NCBI GenBank assembly: GCA_964016885.1
Contig: OZ024747.1
Location: forward strand, 22,320,001-22,384,000
Direction: 5' to 3'
Source of the DNA: Eledone cirrhosa
Lineage: Eukaryota
DNA: 64,000 bases
In this document: positions 63,601 through 64,000 of the stretch, one piece after another
How the letters are laid out: each line of letters starts with the position of its first letter
Numbering within the stretch: the stretch's first letter is position 1
Notes under the pieces: generated by a model
The model's input: only the letters and a program-made list of their open reading frames with translations
Databases searched by the model: none
Told to the model about the DNA's origin: nothing
Translations under genes and position numbers: made by a program

Positions 63601-63860
63601 ACGAGTTGGGGCTCTGTTTAACAAATGGCAGCAAGTTTGGCTTTTGGCTATGGACCGACAAAGGAAACTACAAGATGCCCGAGAATATATGAATGAAGTT
63701 GAGAAAATGAAAAACTTTGACTTTGATGATTGGCGGAAACGATACTTACAGTGGATGCATCACAATAAGTCAAGAATCATGGACTTCTTCAGACGTCAAG
63801 ACAAAGATCATGATGGAAAAGTTACACGAAAGGAATTTATTGATGGAATAATATCTTCAA
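833..63860 (+). CDS. MACF1: Spectraplakin gene (MACF1/dystonin/Shot-like), partial; 51 exons in window, ~5,870 aa if all are joined
   Basis: Plectin repeats, then ~30 spectrin repeats, then an EF-hand. Family-diagnostic peptides: [103 protein letters not shown]. All introns are GT-AG with consistent phases. The symbol is nominal, since invertebrates usually have one co-orthologue of MACF1 and DST. Confidence 0.96.
9491..9556. repeat. (TTTA)n microsatellite
   Basis: Seen directly. Confidence 0.95.
10925..11060 (-). mobile_element. tRNA-derived SINE, family B (core GTTCAAATCCCGCCGAGGTTAACTTTGCCTTTCATCC..GTACCAGT)
   Basis: Near-identical reverse complement of 40418-40585; has a B-box. Other copies at ~27800(-), 30400(+), 31200(+), 33170(+), 35200(-), 54900(-), 58130(+). 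Confidence 0.8.
11450..11694. mobile_element. MITE family 1 copy (piggyBac-like ends)
   Basis: Ends in GAAATATGGTAACAAAAGGGTTAA; internal similarity to copies at 13250, 32165, 42541, 49246, 55411, 58867 and 62225. Confidence 0.65.
13048..13194 (+). CDS. MACF1: Exon 2, spectrin repeat
   Basis: CAG|GGT..AAA|GTAAGA; [28 protein letters not shown]; absent from the ORF track. Confidence 0.88.
13819..13974 (+). CDS. MACF1: Exon 3
   Basis: CAG|GCG..AAG|GTTATT; [24 protein letters not shown]. Confidence 0.88.
14345..15240. mobile_element. Possible non-autonomous (Helitron-like) insertion
   Basis: Starts TCTATAAAAAGGCAG followed by (TG)n; CpG-richer than its flanks. The family assignment is a guess. 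Confidence 0.3.
15390..15566 (+). CDS. MACF1: Exon 4
   Basis: TAG|GTG..AAG|GTAAAA; [17 protein letters not shown]. Confidence 0.9.
15981..16064 (+). CDS. MACF1: Exon 5
   Basis: TAG|AGC..AAG|GTAAAT; [28 protein letters not shown]. Confidence 0.92.
16778..18088 (+). CDS. MACF1: Exon 6 (1311 nt, ~4 spectrin repeats)
   Basis: TAG|TTT..CAG|GTAAGA; ORF 16787..18103. Confidence 0.93.
18511..18622 (+). CDS. MACF1: Exon 7
   Basis: CAG|CCA..AGAA|GTAAGT, phase 0 to 1; [20 protein letters not shown]. Confidence 0.9.
18930..19720. repeat. Minisatellite with 27-33-bp variant units (CAGTCAGATATGTCATATCATATAGA[A/T])
   Basis: Direct tandem repeats that decay toward the 3' end. Confidence 0.95.
19777..19932 (+). 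CDS. MACF1: Exon 8, Ser/Pro-rich insert
   Basis: CAG|GA..AATG|GTAGGT, phase 1 to 1; [44 protein letters not shown]. Confidence 0.85.
20248..20483 (+). CDS. MACF1: Exon 9
   Basis: CAG|AT..GAG|GTAGGA; [22 protein letters not shown]. Confidence 0.92.
20867..20996 (+). CDS. MACF1: Exon 10
   Basis: CAG|GTT..TTAG|GTATGA, phase 0 to 1. Confidence 0.88.
21095..21470 (-). repeat. Degenerate ~47-bp tandem repeat (~8 copies), reverse complement of the 41-kb array unit
   Basis: Recurring TTTTGTCATGGCACCAGCACTACCACCT. Confidence 0.85.
21753..21952 (+). CDS. MACF1: Exon 11
   Basis: TAG|AA..AAG|GTATTT; [19 protein letters not shown]. Confidence 0.92.
22314..22640 (+). mobile_element. tRNA-derived CORE-type SINE, family A, near full length
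   Basis: A-box TGGCTTAGTGG, B-box GAGTTCAATTC, CORE-like CCTTGAGCAAGACACTT, 3' TTAGGAAGGGCATCCAG module. Confidence 0.82.
22747..23079 (+). CDS. MACF1: Exon 12
   Basis: TAG|GTC..CAG|GTAAGC; 333 nt. Confidence 0.92.
23520..23682 (+). CDS. MACF1: Exon 13
   Basis: TAG|GTA..TTAT|GTAAGT, phase 0 to 1. Confidence 0.88.
24099..24265 (+). CDS. MACF1: Exon 14
   Basis: TAG|TG..CAA|GTAAGT, phase 1 to 0. Confidence 0.88.
24638..24970 (+). CDS. MACF1: Exon 15
   Basis: CAG|ATC..AGG|GTAAGC; 333 nt. Confidence 0.9.
25189..25339 (+). CDS. MACF1: Exon 16
   Basis: CAG|GGT..TCTG|GTAAGT, phase 0 to 1. Confidence 0.88.
25812..25981 (+). CDS. MACF1: Exon 17
   Basis: CAG|CT..CAA|GTAAGA, phase 1 to 0. Confidence 0.88.
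26208..26426. mobile_element. MITE family 2 (TTAA-flanked, TIR [C]CCTTTAGCATTTA)
   Basis: TTAACTCTTTAGCATTTA...TAAATGCTAAAGGGTTAA; inverted homologues at 53489-53657 and 62674-62847. Confidence 0.8.
26440..26730 (-). mobile_element. SINE family A copy
   Basis: Reverse-complement A-box (CCCTAACCACCAAGCCA); homologous to 43113-43370. Confidence 0.7.
26784..26999 (+). CDS. MACF1: Exon 18
   Basis: CAG|GCT..AAG|GTAGGT. Confidence 0.88.
27260..27465. repeat. ~30-bp tandem repeat (TTCCACCTGCCAAATTATATTTATTA), ~7 copies
   Basis: Seen directly. Confidence 0.92.
27565..27678 (+). CDS. MACF1: Exon 19
   Basis: TAG|AAT..AAG|GTAATT. Confidence 0.87.
27795..27990 (-). mobile_element. SINE family B copy
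   Basis: ACTGGTACTTTATTTTATCGA..GGATGAAAGGCAAAG. Confidence 0.8.
28085..28300 (-). mobile_element. SINE family A copy
   Basis: AAAGTGCCTTGCTCAAGGACAC is the reverse complement of the CORE-like motif. Confidence 0.7.
28363..28476 (+). CDS. MACF1: Exon 20
   Basis: CAG|CTC..CAG|GTTAGT; [24 protein letters not shown]. Confidence 0.85.
28737..28952 (+). mobile_element. 5'-truncated SINE following (TA)n
   Basis: Highly similar to 22435-22640; ends in (GAT)n. Confidence 0.8.
29389..29601 (+). CDS. MACF1: Exon 21
   Basis: CAG|ATT..AAG|GTCAGT; [19 protein letters not shown]. Confidence 0.9.
30399..30520 (+). mobile_element. SINE family B copy nested in a MITE family 1 remnant
   Basis: GAGTTCAAATCCCGCCGAGG..GTACCAGT. 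Confidence 0.8.
30834..30995 (+). CDS. MACF1: Exon 22
   Basis: CAG|CAT..AAG|GTTGGT; [25 protein letters not shown]. Confidence 0.92.
31195..31370 (+). mobile_element. SINE family B copy
   Basis: Same core as 30399 and 40418. Confidence 0.78.
31955..32125 (+). CDS. MACF1: Exon 23
   Basis: CAG|TTA..AAG|GTAACG; [33 protein letters not shown]. Confidence 0.93.
32165..32398. mobile_element. MITE family 1 copy
   Basis: TTAACCCTTTTCTTACCATAT...AAAAAGGTTAA. Confidence 0.7.
32740..33150 (+). mobile_element. SINE 3' module with an internal tandem ~47-bp unit and (GAT)n tail
   Basis: GGTGCCAC..AAAAAGCACCCAG..CTGTAAA twice, then TTAGGAAGGGCATCCAG. Similar copies at 49358, 52178 and 63205. Confidence 0.78.
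34075..34401 (+). CDS. MACF1: Exon 24
   Basis: TAG|TTC..AAG|GTATTT; 327 nt. Confidence 0.92.
34818..34902 (+). CDS. MACF1: Exon 25
   Basis: CAG|AAA..AAAG|GTAAAT, phase 0 to 1. Confidence 0.85.
35842..36065 (+). CDS. MACF1: Exon 26
   Basis: TAG|AT..AAG|GTAAGC, phase 1 to 0. Confidence 0.9.
37251..37457 (+). CDS. MACF1: Exon 27
   Basis: TAG|AAA..GAG|GTATAA. Confidence 0.9.
37877..37996 (+). CDS. MACF1: Exon 28
   Basis: TAG|GTA..AAG|GTAAGT; [16 protein letters not shown]. Confidence 0.9.
38275..38630 (+). mobile_element. LINE 3'-UTR fragment, tandemly duplicated
   Basis: Two copies of GAGTTGT[A/G]GTGCACCTG[A/G]GCACTGTACACAAT+(ATT)n, the same tail as 52948-53015. Confidence 0.7.
38720..39046 (+). 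CDS. MACF1: Exon 29
   Basis: CAG|TTT..AAG|GTATGG; [15 protein letters not shown]. Confidence 0.93.
39383..39603. repeat. (TA)n/(TATG)n compound microsatellite
   Basis: Seen directly. Confidence 0.97.
40078..40284 (+). CDS. MACF1: Exon 30
   Basis: TAG|TTG..GAA|GTAAGT; [12 protein letters not shown]. Confidence 0.93.
40418..40585 (+). mobile_element. SINE family B copy with tRNA-like head
   Basis: TGGCAGTATCGATAGAG..GAGTTCAAATCCCGCC. Confidence 0.8.
40985..41770 (+). repeat. 47-bp minisatellite (CACCCAACCCACCCTGTAAGGTGGTAGTGCT[G/T]GTGTCA[T/C]TACAAAAT), ~16-17 copies
   Basis: Near-perfect direct tandem repeats with no spacers. Confidence 0.97.
41854..41973 (+). CDS. MACF1: Exon 31
   Basis: CAG|TTT..AAG|GTGAGT; [19 protein letters not shown]. 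Confidence 0.93.
42541..42776. mobile_element. MITE family 1 copy
   Basis: TTAACCCTTCA...TGAAAGGGTTAA. Confidence 0.75.
42967..43075 (+). CDS. MACF1: Exon 32
   Basis: CAG|CAT..ACTG|GTAAGC, phase 0 to 1. Confidence 0.88.
43113..43370 (+). mobile_element. SINE family A copy
   Basis: TGGCTTGGTGGTTAG, GAGTTCAACTCC, GTGTCCTTGAGCAAGACACTT. Confidence 0.8.
43530..44790. repeat. 32/34-bp minisatellite (ATCATACATCTTATGATCACTC[C/AAC]ACACACTAT), ~30 good copies then decaying
   Basis: Direct tandem repeats. Confidence 0.97.
44872..45098 (+). CDS. MACF1: Exon 33
   Basis: CAG|AT..GAG|GTAAAA, phase 1 to 0; [11 protein letters not shown]. Confidence 0.92.
45175..48335. repeat. 31-bp minisatellite (GGTTATGATATAGGGATGAGAGATACTGTTA), ~100 copies
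   Basis: Direct tandem repeats with recurrent variants. Confidence 0.98.
48406..48471. repeat. (TA)n(TG)n microsatellite
   Basis: Seen directly. Confidence 0.95.
48601..48825 (+). CDS. MACF1: Exon 34
   Basis: CAG|ACT..ATG|GTAAGA; [17 protein letters not shown]. Confidence 0.93.
49733..49834 (+). CDS. MACF1: Exon 35
   Basis: CAG|ACA..AAG|GTAATT; [13 protein letters not shown]. Confidence 0.9.
50152..50200. repeat. 49-nt poly(C) run
   Basis: Seen directly. Confidence 0.95.
50798..50968 (+). CDS. MACF1: Exon 36
   Basis: CAG|GAA..GAG|GTAGAG. Confidence 0.9.
51060..51700. repeat. Pyrimidine-rich low-complexity tandem repeats (~20-24-bp units)
   Basis: CTCTGCTACCCCTCCCACTCTC and CTCATACTCCTCTCAC units. 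Confidence 0.92.
51752..51907 (+). CDS. MACF1: Exon 37
   Basis: CAG|CGC..AAT|GTTTGT; [30 protein letters not shown]. Confidence 0.9.
52733..53015 (+). mobile_element. 5'-truncated CR1/L2-type LINE: ORF2 C-terminus, 3' UTR and (ATT)n tail
   Basis: Translates [21 protein letters not shown]...ASFKASM*, the typical R..FF..RV...WN.LP..VV....FK end of CR1/L2 ORF2. Confidence 0.8.
53213..53410 (+). CDS. MACF1: Exon 38
   Basis: TAG|GTT..GAG|GTAAAT; [17 protein letters not shown]. Confidence 0.92.
53489..53657. mobile_element. MITE family 2 copy
   Basis: TTAACTCTTTAGC...AAATGCTAAAGGGT; similar to 62674-62847. Confidence 0.75.
53964..54092 (+). CDS. MACF1: Exon 39
   Basis: TAG|GCC..TTG|GTATGT; [15 protein letters not shown]. 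Confidence 0.93.
54160..54290. repeat. 24-bp CT-rich tandem repeat
   Basis: TTTCACTCTCCAATTCTCTCTCTC, ~4 copies. Confidence 0.85.
54590..54760 (+). CDS. MACF1: Exon 40
   Basis: CAG|ACC..AAA|GTAAGG. Confidence 0.9.
55755..55910 (+). CDS. MACF1: Exon 41
   Basis: CAG|AAT..AAA|GTAAGA; [20 protein letters not shown]. Confidence 0.92.
56797..57003 (+). CDS. MACF1: Exon 42
   Basis: CAG|AGC..CAG|GTAAGA; [29 protein letters not shown]. Confidence 0.95.
57214..57333 (+). CDS. MACF1: Exon 43
   Basis: CAG|TTC..AAG|GTATCT; [16 protein letters not shown]. Confidence 0.93.
57723..57889 (+). CDS. MACF1: Exon 44
   Basis: CAG|GAA..CG|GTAAGT, phase 0 to 2; [14 protein letters not shown]. Confidence 0.93.
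58664..58823 (+). CDS. MACF1: Exon 45
   Basis: CAG|A..AAG|GTATGT; [27 protein letters not shown]. Confidence 0.95.
58867..59027. mobile_element. MITE family 1, short copy with ~23-bp imperfect TIRs
   Basis: TTAACCCTTCTATTACCATATTT / AAATATAGTAATGAAAGGGTTAA. Confidence 0.78.
59230..59424 (+). CDS. MACF1: Exon 46
   Basis: AAG|GCC..ATG|GTTAGT; AFQQELGAR. Confidence 0.9.
59718..59846 (+). CDS. MACF1: Exon 47
   Basis: AAG|GCT..AAG|GTATTT; [14 protein letters not shown]. Confidence 0.9.
59863..60105. repeat. 48-bp tandem repeat, ~5 copies
   Basis: TTTCAGTGGTTTCCAAGTATCCCAGCATAACTGCAGCCCATGCTGTGA. Confidence 0.9.
60620..60950 (-). mobile_element. SINE family A head with a different 3' tail
   Basis: AAAGTGTCTTGCTCAAGGACACAA and CTAACCACTACGCCAC are the reverse complement of the CORE-like motif and A-box. 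Confidence 0.75.
61009..61152 (+). CDS. MACF1: Exon 48
   Basis: CAG|AAA..GAG|GTAAAA; [22 protein letters not shown]. Confidence 0.93.
61922..62110 (+). CDS. MACF1: Exon 49
   Basis: CAG|TTG..CAG|GTGCTT. Confidence 0.92.
62674..62847. mobile_element. MITE family 2 copy
   Basis: TTAACCCTTTAGCATTTA...TAAATGATAAAGGGTTAA. Confidence 0.8.
62916..63058 (+). CDS. MACF1: Exon 50
   Basis: CAG|GAT..AG|GTAATC, phase 0 to 2; [19 protein letters not shown]. Confidence 0.9.
63205..63440 (+). mobile_element. SINE 3' module with two ~47-bp units
   Basis: CACTCAGTCCACCATATAAGGTAGTAGTGCTGGT..CTGTAAAGTGGTTGACATTAGGAAGGCAT. Confidence 0.7.
63556..63860 (+). CDS. MACF1: Exon 51: end of the spectrin rod plus first EF-hand
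   Basis: TAG|C..TCAA|GTGAGT; [39 protein letters not shown] (EF-hand loop); absent from the ORF track. Confidence 0.95.
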
Positions 63861-64000
63861 GTGAGTTTCATATATATTTGTTAATGATTGAGTACTCCTC
63901 CTCCATTAACACACAGTTTCCCTCTTTCACATTCAAATCACACTCTCCTTTTTCAACTCTTGGTCATCACCCTCTCAATCACATTTGTCTCAAAAGAATC

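Overview
AT-rich eukaryotic genomic DNA, most likely from an octopus or other coleoid cephalopod (inferred from the SINE and MITE families, not proven). Almost the whole window is one intron-rich + strand gene, the spectraplakin (MACF1/dystonin/Shot/VAB-10 family). I traced 51 GT-AG exons by hand, and their phases are mutually consistent. Exon 1 is a giant ~7.6-kb exon encoding plectin/plakin repeats plus a long low-complexity region. Exons 2-51 total 10,036 nt (~3,345 aa) and encode roughly 30 spectrin repeats and the first EF-hand. The actin-binding and plakin domains (5') and the GAS2/GAR tail (3') are not in the window. The introns carry tRNA-derived SINEs, piggyBac-like TTAA MITEs, CR1/L2-type LINE 3' ends and several minisatellites. 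There is no CRISPR array and no prokaryotic system. The most interesting items are: (1) the ambiguous ends of the giant exon (cassette, first or terminal exon); (2) an apparently uncharacterised ~29-aa repeat inside it; (3) two partly complementary minisatellite arrays bracketing one exon; (4) a stop-free in-frame intron; (5) a minisatellite seeded by a SINE.
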